A DNA stretch of 64,000 nucleotides from an uncultured Gammaproteobacteria bacterium (GCA_964613815.1 CAZTKG010000001.1:72895-136894), one strand, 5' to 3'. Counted from the first letter of the stretch, positions 44,855 to 54,941 are shown. Program-made: numbers and translations. The notes: a model not told the origin generated them from the sequence alone.

Positions 44855-46054
44855 TTACGGCATTTGAGCCCAATCCATCTCTTGCCTTTCGACTGCCCCG
44901 CCGTAGTTCCAGTAGCGTTCGTAGGCTAGGTCTGGGGTACCCGCTGCTTTTTTGATTCTTCCTTCTCTTGTTGCTGTCTTGATGTATTTTCTGAGTTCGT
45001 CTGCAGTACCAATGAAGCCTGGGTGACTTACGTCTTCATGGCCTCTAAAGTCGAACTGTTCGTCCTCAATGAACTGCATAATTGTTGGGTCCCAGAATAT
45101 ATCTTGACCGTCCTTTGTTTGGAGTCTTAGAAATCTATGCTCCAGAGATCCTTCTTGGAAGATATGGACGATTCCGAGCTTTTCGAGTTCATCTGATAAT
45201 TTTTCGGTTTCTTGCACGATGTCGTGTTGATGCTGAGCTTCACGAATTTTTCTTCCCTGTTCAATTCTCGTTTGAATGTTTGCCGCGTAGGTGATACAGA
45301 GTCCGTGCCTGTAATTGGTATTGAAACTTCGTTCTCGAGCCAGCTCACTCATAAAAAATAGGAGTTTTTTGCTCATTTTTTCCACGATTGTTTTGTCGAA
45401 TTGTTCAGCTTCATGTTCTGCGTAGACCTCTCGTTCCATTCCGATGAGTAGCGGCGCCATGATGTTGAGAAATGCTAACGGGTTTGAGTCAACCAGGAGC
45501 ATACCTCCAAATTCTTTTTGCAGTGCCTCATCCCCTTCTTGAAAAAGTTTGAGGTATTTTTCAAATGTTGCCATGTCGTCCGAAATGTCTACTTCACGTT
45601 CGTCTGCTGCGGCTTTTAGCTCGTCTAACCTTTTGTTTATTTTTTCCGGATGCATCATGTCAGCAAATCTTTCTATTGCCTCTGTTTGATATTGATAGTA
45701 GTTGATTGGATTTTCCACCTTCCTATCCATTCTTGTTCGTGTCCCGCGGATGTCTATGACGTTATCTTCTTGCAATCTTTTCGGAATGTATTCCAATCCC
45801 CTAATGAACCGGTCGGAATAGTTTCCATCCTCTGCAAGCGTGATTGTTCTACTTGTTAGTTTTCCGATTTCTTTATCTCTTAAGCGAATGATTGATTGCG
45901 CAATCCCTTCTGTGACATCCGGTGCTTGGTTTGGGTACTTTTTTTCTTGTTTTGCGCGAAATTTTTCTTGTGTTTTGTATTTGTCCTCTAGCCTGTCCGG
46001 AGCTTTGTTAAATCCCCATTTCTTCATGTAATTCATATGCAGATATAATAACAC
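44855..46054 (-). CDS. Hypothetical 399-aa protein P4 of island 4 (lower GC; shares the YxxxLC/AIxYAAxI block with P3 and P5)
   Basis: NYRHGLCITYAANIQTRIEQG aligns with the P3/P5 C-terminal block. Composition is closer to the host genome. Confidence 0.5.
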   Translation of the reverse strand: MLLYLHMNYMKKWGFNKAPDRLEDKYKTQEKFRAKQEKKYPNQAPDVTEGIAQSIIRLRDKEIGKLTSRTITLAEDGNYSDRFIRGLEYIPKRLQEDNVIDIRGTRTRMDRKVENPINYYQYQTEAIERFADMMHPEKINKRLDELKAAADEREVDISDDMATFEKYLKLFQEGDEALQKEFGGMLLVDSNPLAFLNIMAPLLIGMEREVYAEHEAEQFDKTIVEKMSKKLLFFMSELARERSFNTNYRHGLCITYAANIQTRIEQGRKIREAQHQHDIVQETEKLSDELEKLGIVHIFQEGSLEHRFLRLQTKDGQDIFWDPTIMQFIEDEQFDFRGHEDVSHPGFIGTADELRKYIKTATREGRIKKAAGTPDLAYERYWNYGGAVERQEMDWAQMP

Positions 46055-46076
46055 CCTTCCGAAGAAGGGTTGAGGA

Positions 46077-47018
46077 TCACGCGGCGGAGAGGTAGGCGGC
46101 GTGTGCGGTCAGCCAAGCTGGGCGTGGGACGCCGAGAGAGGCTGCCATTGCATCGATGCGTGGGCTCAAACGGACGACTTCATCGTCGTAGCGTGTGAAG
46201 CACGCGAGCGTGGCGATGCTGTAGAGGAAGCGATACTGCGTATGCGAGTTGTTGAACGGCGTGTGCGCCATGAAGTGCGCGAGGGTGAAGGCGCTGATGA
46301 GTCCGTCGTACTTCATGAGCTCGACGTACGCTTCTGGATGGCTCTTTAGCCAATGCAGTGCCTGCATGGGCGTGATGGGTGCCTGGGGGGTGTTGCCGGC
46401 CGTGCGCCAGAGGTCGTCGGTTCGGCAGGTGTAGGCCATGTTGATTGCACTCAGGGCGCGGCAGACCATGCCGTCGAGGCGTGGGGCGTGGGGTGGACGT
46501 GCGCGTTCGTGGGCGGCTCGCATGGCGTTGATGAGCTTGTGCGCAGCGGCGCACATGATTCTGAGGCTCAGGTCGAATTGGTCGCCGATGATGCTCTCTG
46601 ATGCGATGCCGAAGCTGCGTTTGGCGCGACGATCGCGCTTGAGACGCTTGCGGCGCTCGATGCGACCGATAGCGTTCTGGCACAGCAGCGCGTTGACGCG
46701 GATGGCGTCGGCCTTGAGCTCGAGGACGATAGCGCTGTCGGGCTGTCTGTCGGCGAGTCGCAGAACGAGGTTCATCGTTCTTCTCCATCCCTCCGGGGAT
46801 TTGATGATCTCCGCAGCGATGAGGCCGGTGTTGCGCGACATGGCTCGAATGATGCCATCGACAGCCCCGCGAAGGTTGCGGTAGGCGACGGCGTCGGCTC
46901 CGAGATCTTCGTGGAGCCTGGTCGCGTTGTAGAAGTTCATGTCCCGCTCGAGCGCGGCAGCGAATGCGGGGTTGAGTACTTGCAGGTCTGTGGGTGGGAA
47001 AGGACGTGGGTCCGTCAT
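46077..47018 (-). CDS. Hypothetical protein P5 of island 4 (start at MTDPRPF with GGAGAAAT RBS; the track ORF to 47327 is an N-terminal over-extension)
   Basis: Paralog of P3. About 60% GC. Many antisense shadow ORFs. Confidence 0.5.
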   Translation of the reverse strand: MTDPRPFPPTDLQVLNPAFAAALERDMNFYNATRLHEDLGADAVAYRNLRGAVDGIIRAMSRNTGLIAAEIIKSPEGWRRTMNLVLRLADRQPDSAIVLELKADAIRVNALLCQNAIGRIERRKRLKRDRRAKRSFGIASESIIGDQFDLSLRIMCAAAHKLINAMRAAHERARPPHAPRLDGMVCRALSAINMAYTCRTDDLWRTAGNTPQAPITPMQALHWLKSHPEAYVELMKYDGLISAFTLAHFMAHTPFNNSHTQYRFLYSIATLACFTRYDDEVVRLSPRIDAMAASLGVPRPAWLTAHAAYLSAA

Positions 47019-47374
47019 GGATTTCTCCGGGTTTTTGCCGGTTGGATCGTAGCTTTTTTTCGAAGATTGGTCAATAAAAAACCCGAGAGGTCCCTGTTGC
47101 GTTATGGCTGACGCGATTGGACTGCTCGGATGATATCGAGGTACTGCTCTAGTGATTCCACGAAGGTTCGGTTGTGACGTCCGAGGGTTGCGGCGATCTG
47201 GAGAGCGCTGAATGCTGCCTGCATGTCGCCGCAGACCATGGCGATGAGTGTGATATGGAGATATGCCCCTGCGAGGTCTGCGATGGATGTTTTTTCGGAC
47301 TCGATGACTGGTTCGCGTTCTTCTCACCCTTGCAGCGCCAGGCGCGCTCGATGGCCTCCTCGAGGAGGTCCGTT

Positions 47375-47437
47375 GCCTTGCGGTCCAGCTTCTTCTGACG
47401 TCTCAGGGAGAAGAGGTTGAGGGTAGCAGTGATGGTG
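47375..47437. repeat. 63-bp exact direct repeat, copy 2
   Basis: Identical to 42551..42613. Lies 357 bp upstream of the P5 start. Embedded in an open minus-strand frame reading ...KDIANIALVVILTPIVTITATLNLFSLRRQKKLDRKATDLLEEAIERAWR. Confidence 0.85.
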
Positions 47438-47847
47438 ACGATCGGGGTGAGGATCACGACGAGCGCGATGTTTGCGATGTCTTTGTGCGCAAGGCCGAGT
47501 TCTGGGTGCGCAAGGATGCGGTGCAGGAATCGACGGAGCTGCGCGGGACGCCGCGATGGCGGGGGGCCGAATACAGGGTGATCGTCGTCGGCTTTGCGGG
47601 CGAAGGGGTTGGGAGGTCGCCGAAGCGACTTGAACAGGTTGGAAAGGTTGAGGTTCGTGGTCAGGTCTCCCTACGGATAAGAAACGTAATCCTTGAGTGC
47701 GGGCTGCATAGCCCTTCGAATCGTCTGCAAAAGCGCACCACGATTCTACCAACTCGATTGGTTTCAATGACCTTTTTCAGCACCGAAATGATGCGGAAAA
47801 AGCTTATTGAAACAGGAGTTAATATAGCATGTTTTTGGCATTTTGTC

Positions 47848-47875
47848 AACCCTGCCGTATGGTTGCGGCAGGGTT
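47848..47875. terminator. Stem-loop overlapping the greA stop, likely terminator
   Basis: AACCCTGCCG-tatggtt-GCGGCAGGGTT with a T-rich tract on the + side. Marks the right border of island 4. Confidence 0.5.
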
Positions 47876-48360
47876 TACTTGATTTTGTTTATTTTGAGCT
47901 CTTTTTCGCCTATTTTTACCATATCCCCTGCCCTTTTTCCCATGAGTACCGAGCCAAGTGGAGATTTATGCGATATTTTCCCGTTTTTTGGATCTGCTTC
48001 TGCTTGGCCGAGAATTTGGTAGGTGAAGTCGGTTGAGAGTGTGACCATTGACCCAAGCTGAATCGTGTCTGACTTCCCTGTTTTGATGGGGATGGCGTTT
48101 TTGATGCGTTCTTCGAGCGAGAGGATTCTGCTGTTTGTGCGGCGAAGATGGCGCTTGGCGGCTTGGTATCCAGCGTTTTCTGAGAGGTCGCCCATTTCTT
48201 GGGTGTGTTGGAGCTCTTTGATGGCGCGAGGTTTTTCCGTTGTTTTGAGCCAGTCTAGGGTTTGTTTCATTTTGTCGATCTTGGCTTGCGTGAGGTGGTT
48301 GTCACGGACTGATTTGAGCTGCCGCGCCTCCTCTTCTTTTTTTCTTCTCGGAACTCGCAT
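47875..48360 (-). CDS. greA: Transcription elongation factor GreA
   Basis: N-terminal coiled-coil and a C-terminal FKBP-like domain. DLSENAGYQAAK matches the GreA family. Confidence 0.85.
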   Translation of the reverse strand: MRVPRRKKEEEARQLKSVRDNHLTQAKIDKMKQTLDWLKTTEKPRAIKELQHTQEMGDLSENAGYQAAKRHLRRTNSRILSLEERIKNAIPIKTGKSDTIQLGSMVTLSTDFTYQILGQAEADPKNGKISHKSPLGSVLMGKRAGDMVKIGEKELKINKIK

Positions 48361-48368
48361 AGGTAAAT

Positions 48369-49160
48369 TTAGGCCGCGTGTTGCCTTGATGATTGAGAAG
48401 CGTCGAATAAATCCACTGTTTCCTGCATTTCTTTGACTTGGTTCTCAAGATCTTCTACCGATTTCAATGCGTTTAGATACTCGGTCAACATTAATATAAC
48501 TGCTTGAGCCTGTTTGTCGGTAAGCGCTGTTCCGGCCATGCGCCTTTCCAGCTGTTTCTGTAGATCTAGCTGTTCTTTCTCGGATCTTCCCCTCAGTAGT
48601 TCAAATGGGGGTAGTAGTTCTGGATTACTTGCGTTTGTTAAGCTTCTGAGGTCGTTATATTCTGAGATGATTTTTGTTTCGCGTTCTTGCCAGTCTTTTT
48701 GAAAGTCTTCGTATTCTACGAGTAAGAACATCTTAAACTGCCTTACTGTGCGCTCGTCTGCAGAAGACAGATTCCTCTCAAGCGTGTATGGCGCTGCGTT
48801 TTTTTCTTGCATGGTTACCTGTTTCAGTCTTTCGGGGTCAACATCAGCGCCATGTCGCATTCTTGCCATCAGTGTAGAGGCTTTTATTGCAGCCTTTTGA
48901 AAATATGGCCCTTTGTCCATAACGGCCTTGTTTCCAATTTTTAGGTTCAGGTCTAGTTCCGGATTTGATGCTCCTTTGTACATGCGAGCCGTGCGTTCCA
49001 GGGCCTCTGTGCTTTCTGCAACGGTTCCATCATCTTGTTTTGGTTGATCTTCAGGTTCTGCAAAATTAAACATGGTTTCATCAGATTCTACGTCAATCAT
49101 ATGTGATGGCTGCTCTCCTAATGTCTTTGGTTTAGAAAATGTCGTTTCGTCTTTTTTCAT
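48369..49160 (-). CDS. Hypothetical protein
   Basis: 263-aa charged helical protein. No motif recognised. Confidence 0.5.
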   Translation of the reverse strand: MKKDETTFSKPKTLGEQPSHMIDVESDETMFNFAEPEDQPKQDDGTVAESTEALERTARMYKGASNPELDLNLKIGNKAVMDKGPYFQKAAIKASTLMARMRHGADVDPERLKQVTMQEKNAAPYTLERNLSSADERTVRQFKMFLLVEYEDFQKDWQERETKIISEYNDLRSLTNASNPELLPPFELLRGRSEKEQLDLQKQLERRMAGTALTDKQAQAVILMLTEYLNALKSVEDLENQVKEMQETVDLFDASQSSRQHAA

Positions 49161-49202
49161 ATACGATGATTATATCAGATGTTTTGCATAGGAAAAAATT
49201 GC

Positions 49203-49922
49203 CTAGTGGCAATTTTTTACATATCGATCAAAGAATCCTTTTAGAATTGCGTGTGCATGAGGTGTTGGCTGCATTGCCTCTGTTTTCTGCTTAATGATTT
49301 CCGGAGTTAGAGAATATTCTGTTGCGTAGTAGTTGAATCGATCGATCATCGCCTGTTGGTCAAGTTCTGGATGGAATGTGAAGGCGTATGTTGGCTCGCC
49401 TGGAAAGCGCCATGCTTGGACGTCTGAAAGGTCTGACGAGGCGAGGTGTGTTGCGGATGGTGGTTTGATGATGTGGTCTTTGTGACCGAGGGTAGCTTGG
49501 AAGGTTTCTGGGTAGTCCTTGAGAAGTTCATCTTCGCGGGCTTCGGGAGTTGTTTTGATTTCGTAAGTGCCGTTTTCTTTTTTGTCTTCGTCGAGGTAGA
49601 CATCTCCCCCGTACAGCTTGGACATGATTTGCGCGCCGAAGCAGATGCCGAGGGTTGGCTTGCCTTGTTCTCGCGCGGTGTCGAGAACTGGTTTGAGATT
49701 TTGGATGTTTTTTGTGAGGTCACCGGCTGAAACCAAGAATGATCCTGAGCCTCCGAGGAGAACGGCGTCGTAGTTTTTGATGTCTGACGGGTCTGGGGCG
49801 CGTTCGATGAAATTCCATCGATGCATTGATTGTTCTGGGATGCCGGTGAAACGGACGAAATGTTCAAATTCGTGGTCGCTGACGTCTTGCCGTTTTCTTG
49901 TTTGAAGGAGGAGTACTTTCAT
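49203..49922 (-). CDS. Class I glutamine amidotransferase-like protein
   Basis: LLGGSGS...GKPTLGICFGAQIM nucleophile-elbow Cys motif. Confidence 0.7.
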   Translation of the reverse strand: MKVLLLQTRKRQDVSDHEFEHFVRFTGIPEQSMHRWNFIERAPDPSDIKNYDAVLLGGSGSFLVSAGDLTKNIQNLKPVLDTAREQGKPTLGICFGAQIMSKLYGGDVYLDEDKKENGTYEIKTTPEAREDELLKDYPETFQATLGHKDHIIKPPSATHLASSDLSDVQAWRFPGEPTYAFTFHPELDQQAMIDRFNYYATEYSLTPEIIKQKTEAMQPTPHAHAILKGFFDRYVKNCH

Positions 49923-49995
49923 AGGTTGATGTAGACGTTTACGTTATCAATTCGCTGAGAGGTTCGTCAACTTTGCGTTGACGGTTTGTTGACTG

Positions 49996-50066
49996 GATCT
50001 CTCCACAAGGTCGAGATGGGGCGCATGGTGGTAGATTTGTTCCCATCTCGACCTTGTGGAGAGATC
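49996..50066. repeat. Dispersed palindromic repeat, copy 5 (two inverted half-units around a 21-bp spacer)
   Basis: GATCTCTCCACAAGGTCGAGATGGGG ... CCCATCTCGACCTTGTGGAGAGATC, 25-bp perfect inverted arms. Confidence 0.85.
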
Positions 50067-50093
50067 TTCCCTTCCCTGTTATGATTTCCTTGT

Positions 50094-50705
50094 ATGGATG
50101 ACATCAAATCACTGGCCCAATTTGTCCTTCGCCTTGGGGATGCGAAACGTTTGGAACGGTTTCGTGGTATGCATTATTACAGCATGTATGAGAAGGAGCC
50201 GGATCGGTATGATTCGGTTGCGGATCATTCATGGCGACTTGCGTGTTTGAGTATGTTGATGGCGCCGAAATTGAGTCAGCGTGTCGACATGATGAAGATG
50301 ATTCAGATTGCGCTCATGCATGATGTGCCAGAGATCATCTGTGGGGATTCTTCGCCTTTTGATGAGGATGGCGGGCTTCAGAGTTCTGATAATCGTCTTG
50401 CGAAAGCTGAGATGGAGCGGAGAGCGGCCGAGGAAGTGTTTGAGGGGCGTGGTGATCTTTTTGATCTTTGGGAGGAGTATGAAGCGCGTGAGAGTTTTGA
50501 ATCACGTGTGGTGGCGGCGCTTGATAAGATTGAGGCGAGTATGGAAGTGGTGTGGATTCGTGACGGGAAGATGTTTGTGAAGCACTTTGATTTTTGCAAG
50601 GCGTATATGCGGAAATATGCGAGTGTTGACCCGGCGGTGGAGGTGCTTGCGGAGGAGGTGATTTTGATTATTCAATCTAAATTTGAGGCTTATGGAGAGT
50701 CTTGA
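50094..50705 (+). CDS. HD-domain phosphohydrolase (YfbR-like 5'-deoxynucleotidase family)
   Basis: HSWRLACLSMLMA ... ALMHDVPEIICGD metal-binding H...HD...D motifs. Confidence 0.7.
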   Translation: MDDIKSLAQFVLRLGDAKRLERFRGMHYYSMYEKEPDRYDSVADHSWRLACLSMLMAPKLSQRVDMMKMIQIALMHDVPEIICGDSSPFDEDGGLQSSDNRLAKAEMERRAAEEVFEGRGDLFDLWEEYEARESFESRVVAALDKIEASMEVVWIRDGKMFVKHFDFCKAYMRKYASVDPAVEVLAEEVILIIQSKFEAYGES

Positions 50706-51126
50706 TCGGATGCAGTTGGTGCGAGATTTTTTGGCTCGCGAGTCGCTTTGTGTGATCTCGACGGTCTCCCCGTTTAAGAAGCCTCAGTCGGCGCTTGTAG
50801 CGTTTTCTGAAAACCAGGATCTGAGTCTGAATATTGGGACGTACAAGACCGCACGGAAGCACCGTAATCTTCAAGTCTTCCCTTCTGTGAGCGTGGTTGT
50901 TGGTGGGTTTGGTGAGCTCAAGATTACGGTGCAGTATGAGGGCGAGGCTCGGGAGGTCCTGCTTGAAGAGCGGGATGCGGCTATTGGTGTTCATGCTGCT
51001 AAGAATCCTGGGTCCTTGACGTATGCCTCGCATCCTGACCAGACCTATTATAGAATAGAGCCTACATGGATTCGGTATTCGGATTTTTCTGGAGATCGAG
51101 AGAATATTTTTGAGATTAAATTTTAA
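50683..51126 (+). CDS. Pyridoxamine-5'-phosphate-oxidase-like (FMN-binding split-barrel) protein
   Basis: Pattern of alternating beta-strands (LCVISTVSP...ALVAFSEN...) is consistent with the PNPOx fold. Weak. Confidence 0.35.
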   Translation: MRLMESLDRMQLVRDFLARESLCVISTVSPFKKPQSALVAFSENQDLSLNIGTYKTARKHRNLQVFPSVSVVVGGFGELKITVQYEGEAREVLLEERDAAIGVHAAKNPGSLTYASHPDQTYYRIEPTWIRYSDFSGDRENIFEIKF

Positions 51127-52345
51127 TCGCTACTTCACTGTGAAGAAGACAGGTTTGCTCGTTTTGATTTGCGCACTTGGTCTGGGTGGTTTTTTTCTTT
51201 TTCGTGGGGGCGGGGAGGATCTCTCCACTGAGGTCGAGATGGGAGAGGGGGATGATGCAGGCGATCAGGAGATCATTAGAGGGCCGGTTGAGCAGATTGA
51301 GACTTACATCATTCAAGATGGTGATGTGTTTACGTCTGTTTGTGATGAGCTTGGGATTGGTTATGGGGATGCGCTTGTGATTGTGGAGAATGCAGAGGAG
51401 ATTTTTGATTTTACGAATGTGCGGGTGGGGAAAGAGATTCGGCTTGTGAGTTTAGCTGGGGAGAAGTTACGGCTTGAGTATGAGCCGAATAAGGAGGATG
51501 TGGTCGTGGTTGATCTGGCGGATTTGGAGTTTCCGACGCGGATGGAGAAGATTGCATATGACATTACGATTGAGACGGCGGCGGTGACGATTGAAGAAAG
51601 TTTGTACGCGTCGGCGCTTGCGGCGGGGATTGAGGAGACGCTTGTTTTGGATTTTGCGGAGGTGTTTGCTTGGGAGATTGACTTTGCGACGCAGGTGCAG
51701 AAAGGCGATGCGTTTTATGCGGTGTATGAGAAGCGATGGCGAGATGGTGAGGCTGCGGGGACTGGGGACGTATTGAAGGGATCGTTTACGAACATGGGGC
51801 ATACGGATTATGCGTATCGGTATGTTGATCCGGATGGGTTTGAAAGTTATTACGACGAGGATGGGAATTCGATGATTCGTCAGTTTTTGAAGGCGCCGCT
51901 TAGTTATTCGCGGATTACAAGTGGATTTACGTATGCGCGTTATCATCCTGTTTTGAACACGACGACGCCGCATCGTGCCATTGATTATGCGGCGCCGACT
52001 GGGACGCCGATTATGGCGGTGGCTGACGGGACAGTGACGCGAGCGAGTTGGAATGGGGGGTATGGGAATCATATTTCTGTGCGTCACAATGGGATGTATG
52101 ACACGACGTATTCGCATTTGAGTCGGTATGCGGTTGGGGCTGGGCAGCATGTGAGTCAAGGAGAGATCATCGGGTACGTGGGAAGTACGGGGTATTCGAC
52201 AGGGCCGCATTTGCATTATGAGGTTTTGGTGTACGGCGAGAAAGTGAATCCGCTTGAGGTGGACTTTCCTGAGGGAGATCCGATTCCGGAGGAGGAGATG
52301 GCGTTGTTTTATGCGCAGAAGGCGGATATTGATGCGTTGGATTGA
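51110..52345 (+). CDS. M23-family (LytM) peptidase
   Basis: HRAIDYAAPTGTPIMAVADGTV ... GNHISVRH ... STGYSTGPHLHYEV M23 active-site motifs. N-terminal TM. The linker contains an in-frame copy of the dispersed repeat (51218..51243, encoding GGGEDLSTEVEMGEG). Confidence 0.8.
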   Translation: MRLNFNRYFTVKKTGLLVLICALGLGGFFLFRGGGEDLSTEVEMGEGDDAGDQEIIRGPVEQIETYIIQDGDVFTSVCDELGIGYGDALVIVENAEEIFDFTNVRVGKEIRLVSLAGEKLRLEYEPNKEDVVVVDLADLEFPTRMEKIAYDITIETAAVTIEESLYASALAAGIEETLVLDFAEVFAWEIDFATQVQKGDAFYAVYEKRWRDGEAAGTGDVLKGSFTNMGHTDYAYRYVDPDGFESYYDEDGNSMIRQFLKAPLSYSRITSGFTYARYHPVLNTTTPHRAIDYAAPTGTPIMAVADGTVTRASWNGGYGNHISVRHNGMYDTTYSHLSRYAVGAGQHVSQGEIIGYVGSTGYSTGPHLHYEVLVYGEKVNPLEVDFPEGDPIPEEEMALFYAQKADIDALD

Positions 52346-52360
52346 CGTTTTGCTGTTTTT

Positions 52361-53053
52361 TTGATATGTTTTTTTGCTATGAATACATCGTTGAGCAAGG
52401 CTCAGGAGAAGTTGATCAAGTCACTTCATACAAAAAAAGGCCGTGCAAAAAATGGTCTTTGTTTGGTTGAGGGAACAAAGTTTGTTGAGGCGGCCTTGGA
52501 TTTTGTTCAGTTTCGTTTTACGCGTGATGATTCTGAACGGTTTGATGTACTGGTTACGACTGATACCCCTCAGGACGTTGCCGCTGTTTGTCGTGTACCG
52601 GAGTGGTCTGTTGCTGACGTGCTAAATCGTGATGTGGTCGTTGTCCTTGATCGCGTTCAAGATCCTGGCAATGTTGGAACGATTCTGCGACTCTGTGCAG
52701 CTTTTGATGCGAGCTTGGTACTTGTTGAGAGTGCTGATGTTTCAAGTCCAAAGGTCATTCGTTCCAGTGCTGGGCAGATGTTTGAGGTGCCGTTTTTGAA
52801 AATTCGCCGTTCTGACTTTGCCGCTTTTCGGCAAGACGCTGATCGTCATGTGTATCGACTTGAGAGGTCTGAAGGTGGTCGCAATGTTTCAACTATGCAA
52901 ACGCCTTGTTTGCTCCTTGCTGGCTCTGAGGGGTGTGGGATCTTGCTTGATGTTGAAGGGGTTTCGATTTCTCTCGTACACTCCCCTTCTGTTGAGTCAC
53001 TGAATGTTGGGAGCGCTATTGCAATCGTGCTCCAACATGTTTTCAACTCGTGA
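52361..53053 (+). CDS. TrmH/SpoU-family RNA 2'-O-methyltransferase
   Basis: VLDRVQDPGNVGTILRLCAAFDA ... IRSSAGQMFEVPF SPOUT motifs. Confidence 0.8.
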   Translation: MICFFAMNTSLSKAQEKLIKSLHTKKGRAKNGLCLVEGTKFVEAALDFVQFRFTRDDSERFDVLVTTDTPQDVAAVCRVPEWSVADVLNRDVVVVLDRVQDPGNVGTILRLCAAFDASLVLVESADVSSPKVIRSSAGQMFEVPFLKIRRSDFAAFRQDADRHVYRLERSEGGRNVSTMQTPCLLLAGSEGCGILLDVEGVSISLVHSPSVESLNVGSAIAIVLQHVFNS

Positions 53054-53160
53054 TGCTGAACCTCCATTGGCGCCCAGGGTGGCTGATCACACCACCTAGA
53101 GCAGCAAAGGAGGTTCAGTCAAAAAAACTCCTCCACGAGGGAGGAGGAAGTGAGAAACAA

Positions 53161-53211
53161 GGAAAATCCCATACGTCGTCCACGTTTGTGGACGGCCGAT
53201 GGGATTTTGAT
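53161..53211. terminator. Long bidirectional terminator hairpin between convergent genes
   Basis: AAAATCCCAT-ACGTCGTCCAC-gttt-GTGGACGGCCG-ATGGGATTTT (nested stems). Confidence 0.6.
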
Positions 53212-53317
53212 GTGACCTACCTCCTGGTGCATAACCAATTTTTCGAAATTGAGTATACCAGACTCACAAATTGGATTGTGGATAACGGAAATATAAGTCC
53301 CGCCGTTTGCAGGCGGG

Positions 53318-53700
53318 TTAGGATGCTCTTCGAGCATGAGTGGTCTCCAGTTCTTTGAGAAGTCGATCCACGACATCGTTGGGTTGGACGCCCTCACATC
53401 CCTCTGCCCTCAGTTCGAGGTCGGTGAAGGAAGATGCGGCGAAGATCGGGCCCGTGAAGCCAAGTCCGCGCCAGGCTTGAACAGCTTTGACGCATCGAGC
53501 GATCGGGCGTTCAGGGCATTCAAACGCGGCGTCGATGACGATCGCGAAAATGTTGCCCATCTTTTCGTCGAAGTGTCTACGTGCGGCAGCGAACGTTGTA
53601 ATAATTACAACTTCGATGCCTCTGGTTTGAGAATGGAGACCGGCTTGTATTCTGCGTGAATATTCGCCGTCCTCCATGAGCATCAAGACGTACATGATTG
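53318..53700 (-). CDS. Divergent receiver (REC)-like single-domain protein
   Basis: MYVLMLMEDGEYSRRIQ ... IFAIVIDAAFECPER alpha/beta pattern with a conserved Asp. The track ORF is N-terminally extended to 53884. Confidence 0.4.
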
Positions 53701-53813
53701 CCTCCTGATGCCGCGAGTATATATTGCCGATGTTTGCTGTCAATGTGTTTAATCTTGGCAAACAAAAAACCGCGGCCGAAGCTGCGATTTTTTGCGTTTT
53801 TTGTCGTAGCGTG

Positions 53814-54068
53814 TTAGTCGCGTGGGCGAGCAACAGAGACGTTGATTGTTCGTCCTTCGACTTCAGACTGGTCAAGTGCCTCAATGGCAGCCTGAGCTGA
53901 AGCTTCGTCAGCGAACTCGACGAATCCGAATCCTCGGCTTCGTCCTGTGTCTCGTTCGGTTACTACTCGAGCTGATACGATTTCACCGTATGCTTCGAAT
54001 AGACCTTGAAGTGCTGGGTCATCAACTGACCATGGCAGACTTCCGACAAATAGCTTGTTGTTCATAAT
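53814..54068 (-). CDS. RRM-type RNA-binding protein
   Basis: RNP2 KLFVGSL and RNP1 RGFGFVEF. Confidence 0.8.
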   Translation of the reverse strand: MMNNKLFVGSLPWSVDDPALQGLFEAYGEIVSARVVTERDTGRSRGFGFVEFADEASAQAAIEALDQSEVEGRTINVSVARPRD

Positions 54069-54590
54069 GATGAGCAAACAAATGTATTAGAGCTGCTCTT
54101 ATATGAATAACAAGAGAGCTCGCGCATAATAGCATATTTTGGCCGTTTTGTCAAACGTTTTATGGATTTGGTTGACTTTTTGTTGATTTTTTGGTTGATT
54201 TATGCACTGGAGTTACGATGATCTTTTTTGACAGCATCTCGTTTGGGTTACATGCGATCACTCGGTTGGTCGGTGAGGCTTGGTTGACGCACGTCCGCGG
54301 ACCTGGTCCTCGGTATGTTCGATCTGAAACCGCTTGGTACCGCGTTCTCTCGTCAACGCTCATCGATACCTCGACATGGGAGCTGTTGATTGCGCCGATT
54401 GATGATTTGTCGGATGCGCGAGAGCTCAATCAGTATTTGCCTCGGTACACCATGCAAGTTGGCACGCGAATTTTGGATTGTTTTTCGCTTTTGAGCGGAT
54501 GCGTCGCCGGTCTTATGGCTTCTCTCCTGCTCTTCTGAGCAGATGTTTTGGTTCATGATATACTGTCGATCACTAACCACAACTACACGT

Positions 54591-54941
54591 ATGCCCAAAC
54601 TTGAGGAAGTTTACAATCGCCTGCAGGTGAATAAGAAAAAGCGTTCCGAGATTGCAAAGATGTTAAAAGATGAACTTGCACATAACGCTCGATATAAAGA
54701 GATCGGCGAGGAGATGCTTGTTCTGAGGGAGGAGAAGAAATCTATTGAGATGGAGATTCGATCCCAGAGTGCGGATTTTGAAGACTTGGACGATTTGAAG
54801 ATTGACATTGCGACGGATCAAGAGCTGTTGGCAGATATTGCGCTTAATATGTATGCGAATAATGAGGAGGTGGAGATTATCGATGAATGGGACAATAAGT
54901 ACTATCCGCAGTTTAAAGTGAATTTTAAGAAGAGCAACTAG
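54591..54941 (+). CDS. Hypothetical charged coiled-coil protein
   Basis: MPKLEEVYNRLQVNKKKRSEIAKMLKDE... The track ORF starts at 54543. Confidence 0.35.
   Translation: MPKLEEVYNRLQVNKKKRSEIAKMLKDELAHNARYKEIGEEMLVLREEKKSIEMEIRSQSADFEDLDDLKIDIATDQELLADIALNMYANNEEVEIIDEWDNKYYPQFKVNFKKSN

Noticed and set aside
46101-47457. Numerous ORFs on both strands over P5 and its upstream region (for example 46180..46788 minus, 46438..46884 plus, 47149..47457 minus, 47324..47767 minus)
   Set aside because: Typical high-GC shadow ORFs with Arg/Pro/His-rich low-complexity products. Only the frame with an RBS and paralogy to P3 is kept. The 47149..47457 frame (a TM-like ...ALVVILTPIVTITATLNLFSL segment spanning the 63-bp repeat) may be a gene remnant but lacks support.
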